Source of the DNA: Basidiobolus meristosporus CBS 931.73
Lineage: Eukaryota > Fungi > Basidiobolomycota
Direction of reading: 5' to 3'
Length of the DNA stretch: 51,087 nt
NCBI GenBank assembly: GCA_002104905.1
Contig: MCFE01000634.1
Location: forward strand, 1-51,087
Part shown: positions 25,250 to 38,048 of the stretch, in pieces
Layout of the letters: each line of letters begins with the position of its first letter
Numbering within the stretch: position 1 is the first letter of the stretch
The notes under the pieces: model-generated
Told to the model about the DNA's origin: nothing
Seen by the model: only the letters and a program-made list of their open reading frames with translations
Databases searched by the model: none
Position numbers and translations under genes: made by a program

Positions 25250-25549
25250 TTGGCTAGTATTTTGACTTATTTCCAGACAGCTTCTTAGCATATGATGTGT
25301 GCCTAAATATTATTAGAGGTTCTGCGCTTGATCTGTATTCATACCAAGCCTTGAATGAAGTAATATCACAAAGAATCTGGCTATAACTCCTCTTGCTGAG
25401 AATTATAGCCATATCAACCAATTCAGCTAAAACTGTAGGATATTTTCTGATCATGGATTGTACCATTTACATTATTGATCTGTTTACACATTCTGCCACT
25501 CTATTTTACTCATGGGGGTATAGTACTATGGTAGCTTGCTTTATCCTAT
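25250..25549 (-). mobile_element. Copia family 1 integrase fragment, very decayed
   Basis: Reverse-complement homology to ~3190-3480. Confidence 0.75.
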
Positions 25550-26845
25550 TGTATTTCAATGCTTGAGTATTTAAGTTAAATCAGTTTTGAGTCAAACCAA
25601 TTAGTATAGGTTTGAACAATCAGTAGATCAGTATTATCCAACAAATCTGTAGTATCAGTAAGCAGATGAGTCAGTAGATCTTTGTTAGACAGAAGTATAT
25701 ATATATTGAGTAAGATATAATTGGGCAATGATGATTTAAATAGATGAGTCATCAGCTACAAACTACATTACAAAATACAATTAGTCAGTAATTGATCTGG
25801 CAAAATAAGTTTAAGTAGCTGCTGGAACCGCAATAAAATCAGGTGATGCTTTAGTGAAAAAAAAATAGCTGGATTCCCTATTCCTCTTTAACCCTTAAAT
25901 TAAGACTTCTAACATAAGTGGTAGCAATAAATAGGAATATCCCTCTTTCAGAAACAAGAAGCTTCTCTGAAAATGCTGGGAAACCAAAAATGGAAAAATG
26001 ATATGCAGCAAATTCCAATCCAACAGCAACAAGCAATGAACACCATGGCCCAGAATCAGCAAAGCCATGTGAAGGGCAACTTTAGTGTGAAGGCAACCAG
26101 TATCTTGGTAGTGTCAATGAAAAGCTGGGAACTTGGCTCTCTCCAATTGTGGAAGGTTTTAAGGCTAAAGAAATTGTTGCAGAAAGCAAGTTTCATTATG
26201 CAGCTTTGCATTGGAACCAAAACAAGATTAGATCAGCCAAAATGTTTGAATGATCTACTATCTCTACCTGGGATGAGTTTGTGCTGGATATTCAGGATTC
26301 TTATGAGCCTCAACATCAACAGATACTACAAAGAAGCAAACTAAAGATGCTCAGACAGGAAGTAATGGCTCAAGAATACATCTATGAGTGTAGATGTCTA
26401 CTAGGACAGATTGAAAGAATGAACCCTCTTGATCAAGTTGAATCCTTTATTGATTGGCTAAAAGAAAAAACTTTCAGTGAAGTAATTTATCAAAGACCTC
26501 AGACTATTGAAGAAGCCATCAAGATTGCCATTAACAAAACTATATAGAGAAATTGCAGAGTGTGAATTCTTAAAGAAGCGCACTGAATATTTATGACATG
26601 CAGTGACTTGCCCAGTAGTGACCTTAGACTGCAACTAAGTAAACCACTTGTAGTGAGACATAGGTTTTGAGACTGCATTTTAAACACTGAAAATTGAGCT
26701 TGCCAAGCAGCCAAGCTTAGGAATATCTGACATCAGAAACTATTTGGCACAATGACAATATGAAGTGAAAACAATCAGCAATTTGACTCAAAGATTGTCT
26801 ACTGTGCTAGGAAAAATGATATGGTTGCTGACATCTTATCAAGAC
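25550..26845 (+). mobile_element. Ty3/gypsy remnant: LTR 25550-25914, PBS (TAAGTGGTAGC), gag, and RNaseH end after a large deletion
   Basis: Gag-like YEPQHQQILQRSKLKMLRQ..EYIYECRCLLGQIERMNPLDQVESFIDWLK..EVIYQRPQTIEEAIKIA (26281-26547); FDSKIVYCARKNDMVADILSR at 26782-26844 resembles the gypsy RNaseH motif IVYRPGKxNxxADALSR. Confidence 0.82.
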
Positions 26846-26949
26846 TAGAACAAGGTGCACTACTCAACTGGGTGCATGAATAGTAGGAGCCAACAGCTTC
26901 TAAAATGCAAAACACATTTAACTATTGGGCATCAGTATTTTGGAATCAG

Positions 26950-27247
26950 TGTAACATAAAAATGCCATACATGGAGTGGAAATGGTAGGGATGATGACAT
27001 GACTTAGTCATATGTGACAGATACTAACTTTGTTACTTGCCTAATATAGAAGCATTGACATATAGTAGTCCCACATAGAGTTACAACTGGGTTTTGAAAT
27101 ATAATCAGCATGAGTGGTAGTCAGCCAGCTTATGGAATATTACTGATTACTCAAGTTAAATAATAAATCTAAAATATAGGCAGCAGAAAAGCTAGGAAGC
27201 AGAAAGTATAGGAAAGAGTACATTGGTTGCTGAATGTCTCTTTGATA
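26950..27247. repeat. ~300-bp LTR-like repeat (family 4), copy 2
   Basis: Starts TGTAACA; same length as 13905-14204 and weakly similar along it. Confidence 0.5.
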
Positions 27248-27249
27248 CC

Positions 27250-28960
27250 ACTACACCACTATAAGACATTAATGCTCAAGCACATGAGAATGTATCTAAT
27301 GTAGTAAATCATGTGTAAAATCTGCAACTGACTGTCATAACATCACCACCACCAGTATTATCAAATATGTTGTTGGCTTATATCAAGGCATTAATGAGAC
27401 CATTAGGTACAATGGGTATTGGATAGATGCAATGAGCTAGAGAAATAAGGAAACAACTCAGTAACAGGCAGAGTGGATATTATATATGGAGCAACTGCTT
27501 CTCCAGGTGGAAAATGTAATATTTTAGCTGCAACAAAGGAATTCAAGAAGCTCAATGTTGCAGAATAAGAATGATCCATCCTCTGAAATAGCAACAGAGG
27601 TACACCACTCAGTCACTGAACTACAACAACACTTCCAGATTCACAGCTCACAGAAGAGCCTATCACAAAATGGGAGGGGGTGACTGCAATACATGTACCA
27701 AAGTCTAAAAATTAGCCAAAATTAAAGATCTATGAAGCAGTTGAGCACAATAATGAGGAGCAGATCAATATTCAAGTGGCTGCACAAAGTCTAGAAATGC
27801 CATCATATTGAGGCCATCATACCATGGAACTATCTGGAGCTCAAAGCCAAGCAGAATGTACTTTATAGACTTGTTCCATTGGATAGTGCCACATTGAGCC
27901 ATGAGTAGCAAATAATGCCATATTGTGCCAGGGAGACCAAGTGAGCCTATACCTGGCCACAGAGTGTGAAACATAGCTCTCCATCTTTATGCAAAGCAGC
28001 CCCTGTGTTTGACCCATTGTACTGAAGAAAATCCATTTTTTGACCTTTTTTTCTGGATCAATGTTGTGCAAGATGTGAATGAGCACAGGAGAACTGAAGA
28101 CATGCATCTGGTACTCAATACCCATGGCACTCTGAGTCTAGCTCCTGTGGCTTGTATCATGTCACAAAAATGCATGGCACTATCTTGTCCCACTGGTACT
28201 ATCAGGCACTATATTTAAATATTAGCCCTAAACTAAGACCTATACAAAGCACTTATAGTGCCAGATAGTACCAGTGGGACAAGATAGTGCCATGCATTTT
28301 TGTGACATGATACAAGCCACAGGAGCTAGATTCAGAGTGCCATGGGTATTGAGTACCAGATGCATGTCTTCAGTCCTTCTGTGCTCTTTCACATCCTGCA
28401 CAACATTGATCCAGAAAAAAAGGTCAAAAAATGGATTTTCTCCAGCACAATGGGTGAAACACAAGGGGTGCTTTGCATGAAAATAAAGATTAATGTTTCA
28501 CACTCTGTGGCCAATTTTAGGTCTGCTATGCCTTTCTGGCACTCAATGGCACTATTTGGCACTCATGGCTCAATGTGGCATTATCCAACAGAACAAGTCT
28601 TATATGCTTCATGAGCTTTATCCTGAGTTCAAACATGCAAATAAGCTTTGGGCATCATTGGAATGTAAAGAAATCATATGAGAATGGAATAGACTATCAT
28701 AGATAGAAGCACAAAGGGGCCACTCCCAAAAACCAGCAAGATCTTTAAGACCCCATCAAGACAGGGCTGAAAGCTCTCAGCATGCACAAAAGAAGTGCCA
28801 GGTAGCTAAGCCACACTTGGAATGTTCAAGCAGGCAGAAACAGATGCACCAGTGCAGAATTTATCAGGGAAAGTGCAGTTTGGCTCAAGAGCACTCAGCC
28901 AAAGTAGCAGACAAGGACCTGGCAGTCATTCAAGCCTGTGGCTTCCTCAGGAACCTATTG
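27250..28960 (+). pseudogene. Divergent CMC ORF2 fragment, split by foldback copy 2
   Basis: Homologous to 38310-38900 up to 27866; resumes at 28604 with LHELYPEFKHANKLWAS; one 207-bp-type repeat unit at ~28760-28950. Confidence 0.7.
27867..28600. mobile_element. Foldback element, copy 2, 734 bp (arms 27867-28213 and 28254-28600), TSD TAT
   Basis: Arms are reverse complements, near-identical next to the 40-bp loop; TAT at 27864-27866 and 28601-28603. Confidence 0.95.
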
Positions 28961-29079
28961 TTGTGCATCAGAGCTTAAAACATAGCTGATCTGATTCCAA
29001 TTGAAATTCTATTACCTGAACTGAATTTTCTAAACCTAAACATCATTAAAACACCTATGGTATATTTACCCCATCTTAG

Positions 29080-29260
29080 AATCTATCTTGCGCTTTCACA
29101 CTTCATCATTTTTCATGAGGCCATTATGCCATCAACTCATCTACCAAGTCTTTCCAGGTGATTGGTAATCTGAGATCCATCCAACCACTAAGTAGTTGTA
29201 AACATTTCCCCTGACTGATGATGCATATTCACTCATCTTACTCACCTATCAACTCCCTAA
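29080..29260 (-). pseudogene. Possible retrotransposon gag remnant
   Basis: Minus-strand translation SVRGKCLQLLSGWMDLRLPITWKDLVDELMA*WP loosely resembles the gypsy capsid pattern LxGxA..W..TW..L...F.P; weak. Confidence 0.25.
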
Positions 29261-29729
29261 TTGATTTAAAGGAATAAAGTCTCTAGGCTCTTACTAAAGC
29301 TTATTGATCATAAAGTATAAACAAAGCCTACTGAACCTTTTGGTCAGGTGTGTGTCTCAACAAAATTAGGACTGGGTCATAGCAAAAAAAGAATCCAGCA
29401 ATTTCATTCTAGTTTATGCAAAAGTCTAGCAAGTCTAGCACTCCCACAAACATCATGCCTAGCCTGCAAAGTAGGCCTACTCTGTTGCCTTTATAGCCTA
29501 GACTAGCCATATACAAGACCAATAGTAGAATAGAATCTTTCTGCTAATATATCTGCCACTCTCTGACAGTACTAAGAATCTGCACTTAATTGTCCCTTTA
29601 GTGCAGTTGAGCTATTCCACAGTTTATTACTCTTTTCTCTTGGATGCTGCACTTTTTTGTTCAATACCATCACATTCAACTGCTTTACAAGATGTTCTCA
29701 GCAGTAAACAATCCACAAATTTACATATT

Positions 29730-30463
29730 AGACTTGTTCCCTTGGATAGTGCCACATTGAGCCATGAGTGCCAAATGATGCCACAGTGTGCCAGAGAGGC
29801 CAATTGAGCCTCTACCTGGCCACAGGGTGTGAAACATAGCTCCGCATGTTCATGCAAAGCAGCCCCTGTGTTTCACCCATTGTGTTGGAGAAAATCCATT
29901 TTTTGACCTTTTTTTCTGGATCAATGTTGTACAGGATATGTTAGAGCACAAGCAGATTGAAGTTATGCATCTGGTACTCAATACCCATGGCACTCTGAAT
30001 CTAGCTCCTGTAGCTTGTATCATGTCACAAAAATGAATGGCACTATCTTGGTCCACTGGTACTATCTGGCACTATAAGTGCTTTGTATAGATATTACTTT
30101 AGGGCTAATATTTAAATATAGTGCCAAATAGTACAAGTGGATCAAGATAGTGCCATTCATTTTTGTGACATGATACAAGCTACAGGAGCTAGATTCAGAG
30201 TGCCATGGGTATTGAGTACCAGATGCATATCTTCAGTTCTCCTGTGCTCTCACACATCCTGAGCTACATTGATCCACAAAAAAAGGTCAAAAAATGGATT
30301 TTCTCCAACACAATAGGTGACACACAGGGGCTGCTTTGCATGAACATGCGGAGCTATGTTTCACACTCTGTGGCCAAGTATAGGCTCACTTGACCTCTCT
30401 GGCACACTATGGCATCATTTGGCACTCATGGCTCAATGTGGCACTATCCAACGGAACAAGTCT
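29730..30463. mobile_element. Foldback element, copy 3, 734 bp, loop inverted relative to copies 1 and 2, TSD ATT
   Basis: AGACTTGTTCC..CGGAACAAGTCT; ATT at 29727-29729 and 30464-30466. Confidence 0.95.
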
Positions 30464-33054
30464 ATTGGAAGAAGACAAAGGAAATCAGGAATAACTGACT
30501 GAGCTGCTTGAAAAACAATATTTATAAGTAACACTTAAGGCTTGAGCACTCAAAGCCTGCCAAGACAAGTTCTGGTATTCACCGTATATATTGGTGCTAC
30601 ACCTCTGTGATAGATTTCAAAGCAAATGAGTCATGCTGCAGTTAGTGATGGTAATCCATTACTTAATGCTCATTTTCTTTCAGGCTTCTCACACCTACTT
30701 CAGAGTAATATTGCTATTGTCAGTTTATGCAAACCTCCATGCACTTACAAATATTATCCCACAGATATTTATACACTCAGTCACCATAACTGCAGTTGCT
30801 CCCTATGAAAAATAATTTGGTCATGTAGGTGGATCCACTCCAGATTAGCTGTCAGGATCCCATCAGGAGTTTGCTATATTACCACCTGCTTGGAATTGAT
30901 GGCCTATTACACAATCTCAAGATAGAATCATAATGGCATTTGGCTAATTTTACTGCCAAGCTAAGTTAAAAAACTTAACAGAGTTTGGGCAGTGTTTTGC
31001 CAGGGATGGCAGGGCATTGTTGCAGTCTTAGTGTATTCTGCAACTATCTGAGTGGATCTAATCACCCAGTACATCCAATTACCTCAAAAGGCAAAAAACA
31101 TGATGGTGTTTTGATAGCCTCTTTGCAAGCCTCTAATGGCATTGTCATGGCAATATAGCAGCCTACAGTCAATTCTGAACAATGCTACCATAGCAATTTA
31201 CCAAATGGTATTTCCTTTTTCTACATCCCCCTATGCAACTCATATATTGCACGGTGGGATCACACCACTTTATTTGCTTACTCAGTACTACCTTGCGTAA
31301 TCCACATATAGCTCAAATCAAAGAATACTATGACCTCCTGCTTACTAGCCTCTACTAACAAGCACACCTGCCATAATTGACATACCCCTTTTGCTTTAAC
31401 TTTATGGCTTTTTAGTGTGATACTTGCAAAGTTGCCATATACCTTGTATTGCTAGTAACATAAACATCCTGCAAGCATATGCTTGGTTGAAGCCACCTCT
31501 GCCATGAATACCTCCTGAATATCTTCAAAGAGGTTTTTGGTATTTAGCCAGTATATATTTCTTCTCCTTGCTGAATTCTAGTCCCTCTTCTATTTGCACT
31601 CTGGCTCTTGTTTGTGTGATTTCTATATTCAATGGTGTTGAAATTGGCTTGTGACCAAGAGAAACCTGGCATACTTTGGTGGGTTTTCCTAATAAAAATC
31701 AGCTGCTTGTTGCACCCAATTCAGCTTTGCATTACTTAACTGATCACACATGCTTTGAAGCTACTTAGCTTCTTAATGCCCTAAGCATGGCTGTCTCCAT
31801 TTGCACATCTGTCCTCAGTATTTTCCAACTCTTCCTGGTTGACCTTCATGTGCCAACTCATTGCATCCATGAGGGAGTTGAAGGTGATATTCTTGATGAG
31901 ATTGGGATATGATAGTACCTGCAACTTGATTTGTTTTCCTATCTCCCCATATATCTACTCCATAGGAAACTCCCAAATGGTGAAGCAAGGCCCAATACTC
32001 CCAATACCCCAAACAAGAAGGAGTAGAGAATGGACACAGTAGCAGCAGAAATCTACATGTTAAAGTGCTTAGGGTAGCAGATACTCTGTAATATCTTGCC
32101 AATTCTTTAAAATCTCTCTGGTATCTCAAAGGGCCATTTAGCTTGGAATGCCCCATGTACAACTTGGTCATCAGTATAGGGATATTGTTGAAAAGCAAAA
32201 GCATTGCTCCCAGTGAAAAGCTTTGCTCTAACAGATACCCTCTATTTTAAGTATCTCTGGCTTCTAATTAATTCCATATTCTGGCCATTGGCTTATAGCT
32301 TGCCAACTTTGCTGCAATTGCTTGTTGACTTCTGCTTGTTCTATGTGTGGGAAGATGATATTGTTAGTGTTTGTGTTTGGGTAATAATAATGTGTGTGTG
32401 TTATAGAGTAGATCCTCTGGATCTCACACATTTTTAACAGCAATACCATCCATTGTTCCTAGAAAGGCTAGCTAACCTGCTGAAGGCTGGTGTATTTCCA
32501 ATGCAGATAGTGATATGCGCTTTGACATGACACCTATTCACCACTATCCAGCTGGAAAGCATACAAAATTCATCCAGCAATGGATACATATAGCTATCCA
32601 GGTTGGATGGTGATTTAGGCCCAGATACCAGTGAGCCTACCATCAGAATTCTGCTCTCATACTGTAAGATAGGTGGCAGATTCAGGTTGATGAGAATCAA
32701 TGGCTAGCAGGATTTGCTGGCAATGCACTTGTTTAATAAGATTCCATCAACTCTCAAGGTAAAGGCATGGTCATGCATACCTTGAAAGTAGCCCTTGCTT
32801 CTTGGCTGTTTGTAATGTTTGCCATCAAATATATTGGATGTATTTATGCTTGATTGATACTGAGTGTGAGACTCTATAGCTTCACATTATTTGTTGGGCA
32901 GTATGAGCTTCTTTAGACAGGGCATAACTAGAACATATATGGAGTGTGTACAATGTATTCCCCCAATGGTAGTGGATTCCTGACAAGTTGGACACCTTGC
33001 AATTGTGGCATTTTCTGATGTGAATCCCAAGCAGCTGCTAATACATGCTAGTAT

Positions 33055-36000
33055 TGTTGTAAGAGTCTTGGAGATATTGGAAGTGATTTGGGAGAACAAG
33101 TAGATTATGTGGTTTTCACTTCATGATTTATTGAATGTAAGAGTAGTATTTATACTTTTACATGGTCTTGGCATTACAAACACATAGAATAGGTTTAGGA
33201 AGGTCCCAGGAACATGTGTGCAAAGTTTGGAGCTGTTAGGACAACTTTTAGAATTTTCATGTTCTGGGTACCTGGAATATTGGTGAAAATATTCTAAGTA
33301 AATCCTGACAAGGAATGTGGTCAATATTCCCTAGGATTTGAGGGTAACAATCCAAGTGGCTAAGTTAAGAGAATATTTAGGTGGAATTACAAATTTTTAC
33401 AATACTCCCACTCAGCTAAATGTTCACACAGGCTAGTCCTAATTTTGACCTAAGATATTCAAACTTGTCTCTAGCTAATGGTTTGGTAAGTGTGACTGCA
33501 ATCATTTCATCTGAAGGACAGTATACTAGGCTAACCAAGTTATTCTCAATAGCTTCATATATGAAATGATGTCTAATTTCTATGTTCTCAGCTCTAGCAT
33601 GAAAAGTTGGATTTCTACCTAATTGTATACATCCTTGATTATCTTGAAATAAAGTAATAGGTGTTTTTAGACATAGGCCTAGATCTCTAAAAATTTTTCT
33701 TAACCACATTGCTTTTTTGGTAGTTTTGCAGGCTGCAATATACTCTGCCTCTGTAGTAGCAAGTGTTATGGTTGGTTGCTTTCTTGAATTCCATGAAATT
33801 GCTCCTTGACAGTCAAGAGAGGTGTAACCTGTGGTGGATCTTCTGTCTTCCAAATTTTGTCCCCAATTAGTATCAGAGTATGCCACAAGATCCATTTCTG
33901 AATCCTTATAAGTGTATCTTGAGCCAAAGTCAGCAATTTCTTTTAGGTATCTAAAAATCTGCTTAACTGCTGCAATATGATCAGATTCATAGTTCTGATT
34001 ATGTTGGCTGACAACTCAAATGAATATGAGATATCTGGATGTGTTCCAAGCATGCTATACATCAGACTGCCCTCCATAGATTGATAAGGAAAGTTGGGGC
34101 TCTCAGATGGCACCAAGCTCACTTGATTTGGTTGAGTTCTGACCAAGTCAAGATTTGTCTCCATTGGGGTAGCTGCTGGTTCAAAGTCTTCCATTTTGTA
34201 CTTCTTTAGTATATCTTGAATATTCTTGGATTGACTTGGGGTAATAGTCTGGGTACTTCTGTTTATGGAGAACTTAATCCATAAACACATCCTCATCAAG
34301 TTCTCCATTCAAAAATGCAGTCTTTACATCCATTTGATGAATAAAAAAATACATTTGGCTGCAGTAGCCAATATTAATCTGATGGAATCAAACTTGGCTA
34401 CCAGTGCAAAGGTCTCAGTATAGTCAAGTCCTTTTGTTTGAGAGTATCCTTTGGCCACAAGTCTTGCTTTGTACTGTTCAATTGTACTATCAGCCTTGTA
34501 TTTTGTCTGGAAGACCCATCTGCATCTAATTGATTTTTGATTGATTGGTAATTTGACTAAGTCCCAAGTCTGACTTCCCATTGGGGCCTGATATTCCTCA
34601 GTCATTGCATATCTCCAAAAATTTGTCTGAGGTCTAGTTAGGGCCTCTTTTACAGTCTGAGGCTCATTGATATGGACTCAATATGCGTAGGCTAAGTTTG
34701 TACCCTCATTGATATAGTAATATGGGTTATATCTTTTCCAATTGGATCTCTGGGCATTTAGTACTGGAATGATTGCTTCTGGGATATTTTTGGGCACTGA
34801 TTCAGGGTGAATCATGGTTTTAGAGTCCTCTGTAGTGAAAAAATCTTCATTGTTTTGCTCTGATTCAACCCTGACAATTGGTGGACTTGAGATACAATTT
34901 TTGTCATCATCTGATGTCATTTTTTGTGAAAATATGAACTTTCATCACACAATAAATCCCTGGACTTGATTAGCTTCTTAGCTTTGGTATTGTAGAGTCT
35001 GTATGCCTTACTCTCATTGCAGTAGCCCAAAAATATGCATTTCACACTTTTTGGTTTAAATTTTGACTGATATCTGGGCAGTTTCTTGGCATATGCTGTA
35101 CACCCAAATACTCTTAGATGCTCTGCACTTGGTCTGTATCTATACTGTGCTTCACATGGGGTAGAATCACAAAGTATTCTGTTATAACTCTTATTTTCAA
35201 GATATACAGCAGTGGTAACTGATTCTACCCAAAAATCATAGGAAAATTCTTGATCATGGATCACAGAGCTTGCCATATCAGTTATTGATCAGTTAGCACA
35301 TTCTGCTACTCCATTTTGCTGTGAGGAGTATGGTACAATAGTCTCTTGCTTTATCCCATGAATTTTGCAGAAGTGGATGAAGAGTTTTGAGGTATATTGT
35401 CCACCATTGGCACAGCATATTTACTTGATTTTTTCACCAGTTTCTCTCTCCACCATGGCTTTGAGCTCCCTCAAATTAGACAGAGCTTCTTCCTTTCTCT
35501 CCATGAAGTAGACCCATGTGTATCTTGTATAATCATCAATAAAAGTGATTAAATACTTCATCCCACCTTAGGATAATTTTTCCATTGGTCCACACGGATC
35601 TGAGTGAACTAGATATAGTTTTTTCTTAGTTTTGATTAGCCCAGAGCTCTTGAACAGTTGTCTGGCTTGTTTCCCATATATGCAGGCTTTACAGTGCTCC
35701 AAATTAGCTGGGGGATCAAATTTACTCCAGAAATTAGCTGATCTTTGTTCATTTTGTGCAAATAATCAAAATTGATGTGTCCAAATCCTCTGTGCCAAAG
35801 CATTGGTGTTTCTTCATTCAAGTTACTAATATTGGCTTCCAAATATGATGGAATATAAGTTAACCTATATAGACTCTGATCTCTGATACCCAAAGCAGTA
35901 TGGGCACCATTTTGATCAGTGATCTTGCATCCAGAATTATCAAAGCTGAAATTAAGTCCTTCTCCAGTAGCCTTGCTTAAAGATATTAGGTATTTCTGGT

Positions 36001-37185
36001 ACATAGAGTACTTCTTTAAAAGTCAGTGTATGGCTTCCTTCACTGTTTGAATATTTACTTGGATAGTTCCTTCTCCCACTGCATCAAGTGTTCTATTGTC
36101 ACCCAGAAAATCTTCTTAATTGGAATTTCTTGGTATTGGGTAAAAAGTTCTTTTGGTGTGTAAAGTGTTGAGATGCTCCAGAGTCAATATACCACGTCTG
36201 AGAATCCTTGTTTGTGGTCATATTTAGTGCAGATATGAATATTCCATCTTCAGTTGTTGCAGCATTTCCATATTAAGGCTTTTTCAGCTGACTATCTCTC
36301 TTTTTGAGACACTGGCCTGATGTGTGTCCTTACCTTTGCAGTAGTTGCAAAACAGGTTGCTGTTATCTTTGTAGGGTCTTGGGTACCTCCTTTGTTGGTT
36401 AACATTGCTTATTAAAGCATTTTCTTCTTCCTTCTTTTTGGTGCTTGATTTTCTTAATTCTTTATCCAGGAGCCTTCCATATACATAAATTAAAGTTAAA
36501 TCTTCAGCTCTGGACCCTAGGGCTGATATAAGGCCCTGAGACTTGTCTGTCAGGCTATTCAGGATGGTAACCATCACATCTTCATTAGTGGTTGGTACAC
36601 CCACAGATTCTGTTTCATCCACCAGCAGGGTAATTCTGTTAATTAGATTTTTCATTTCTTCTCCTGGCTACATCTTTATAGTAAAACATTTTTGTCTCAG
36701 ATACATTTTCTTAGCAGCTGAACATGACTGGTAGGTGTCTTCTAATGCCTTCCAGGCTTTCTTTGCCATTTTTGCTCTTGAGCATTGAATTAGCAATTTG
36801 TCTTTAACATTAAGGCAAATGCAGTTAAAGGCACTTTGTTCTTTCTTCTGATACTTTAAGGCCCCCTCTTGCATATCTCAAGTAGATTATGAGTTTTCAC
36901 TTAATGACTTATTGAATGTAAAAGTAGTTTTTATACTTTTACATGGTCTTGGCATTACAAACACATAGAATAGGTCTAGGAAGGTCCCAAAAAGATGCGT
37001 GCAAAGATTGGAGCTGTTTGGACAACCTTGAGAATTTTCATGTTCTGGGTACCTGGTATTTTGGTGAAAATATTCTAAGTAAATCCTGGCAAGGAATTTG
37101 GTCAGTATTCTCTAGGATATGAAGGTAATGATTCAAGTGACTAAATTAAGTGAATATTCAGGTGGAAATACAAATCTTTACAGCA
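33055..37185 (-). mobile_element. Ty1/copia family 1, copy D, inserted in the CMC transposase; TSD AGTAT/GGTAT
   Basis: 3' LTR 33055-33404; 5' LTR ~36880-37185 (its inner end, the PBS and the gag start are deleted); internal RT deletion near 34285. The empty site GCTGGTATTAGG is seen (rc) at ~16450-16465. Confidence 0.93.
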
Positions 37186-38048
37186 GGTATCACAACAGTC
37201 TCTGGGTCATATGTTGCCAGCCACATGATGGTTGCTGATTCATACCATGTACATGGCAAGTTGCATCCCTGGATGATTTTGGCAAGAAGTAGTAGTAGAA
37301 CCCCAAAGCCCCTACTACTGATATTAGTGGAAATGAGCTACTTCTCTAGCCACAACATCACATTGTTCACCAGTAGATGAATACTGTGCTTGCTTGACTC
37401 CATAAATCATCCTTAGCATTTTTTTCCATTTGTATTGTCTCATTGCATAATGGGATTTTGTCAAGCTAATGCAGGATACTGTTGTTAGGGAGGAAAGCTC
37501 ACAATCTATCCATGAGCCTGCTGCTTCAGGTCTGTCACTCTGTATGCAATATTCAGAAAGCTGGGGCAAGCCTAGAGGTGTCACAAACTCACCTGACTCA
37601 GTTTGCAAATGGTGACAAGTATGGCCAGATGTCATTATAGAGGTATCAAGTGGCTGGCAAGATGATGTTGGTGCAGTTGTCACTGGCAAGTGGTCAAATA
37701 TGACTTGAGTGGCAAAACACTGGCCAAGATCCCTGTAATACTTCCTATACTGTATATGTTTTTCATGGCTGAGAGGCTGGCTACAATTACCACATGGACT
37801 TTTTTCTCTTCTCTTATGGCATTGCGTTAAAGTAGTCTTTTCCATATGGCAAACAGTTTGACACTCAGCAACATAACACTTTTAGATCATTTTTTTGTCA
37901 ATACTCAGGTGAATCCAAGGCATTCTTCTATTTAAGTCATTGCACCTACATAAATGTAAGATTCAACAATGACCTGTCATAGTAAGCATCATAAATAATG
38001 TTGTGGCACCACTTACACATGTTTATGTAACACCATTTCTCCTTTGGT

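Noticed and set aside
27668-27690. AAAATGGGAGGGGG-TG as a gypsy PPT plus LTR start
   Set aside because: The surrounding sequence aligns continuously to CMC ORF2 (CCTATCACAGCATGGGAGGGAG..), and what follows matches no LTR here.
27765-30393. Repeated ORFs such as MGIEYQMHVF.. and MGQDSAMHF.. as a gene family
   Set aside because: They lie wholly within the foldback arms, appear on both strands only because of the palindrome, and vary in start and length between copies.
33121-33324. Small ORFs inside LTRs (also 42305-42496 and 5732-5929) as real genes
   Set aside because: The frames and stops are not conserved among the LTR copies.
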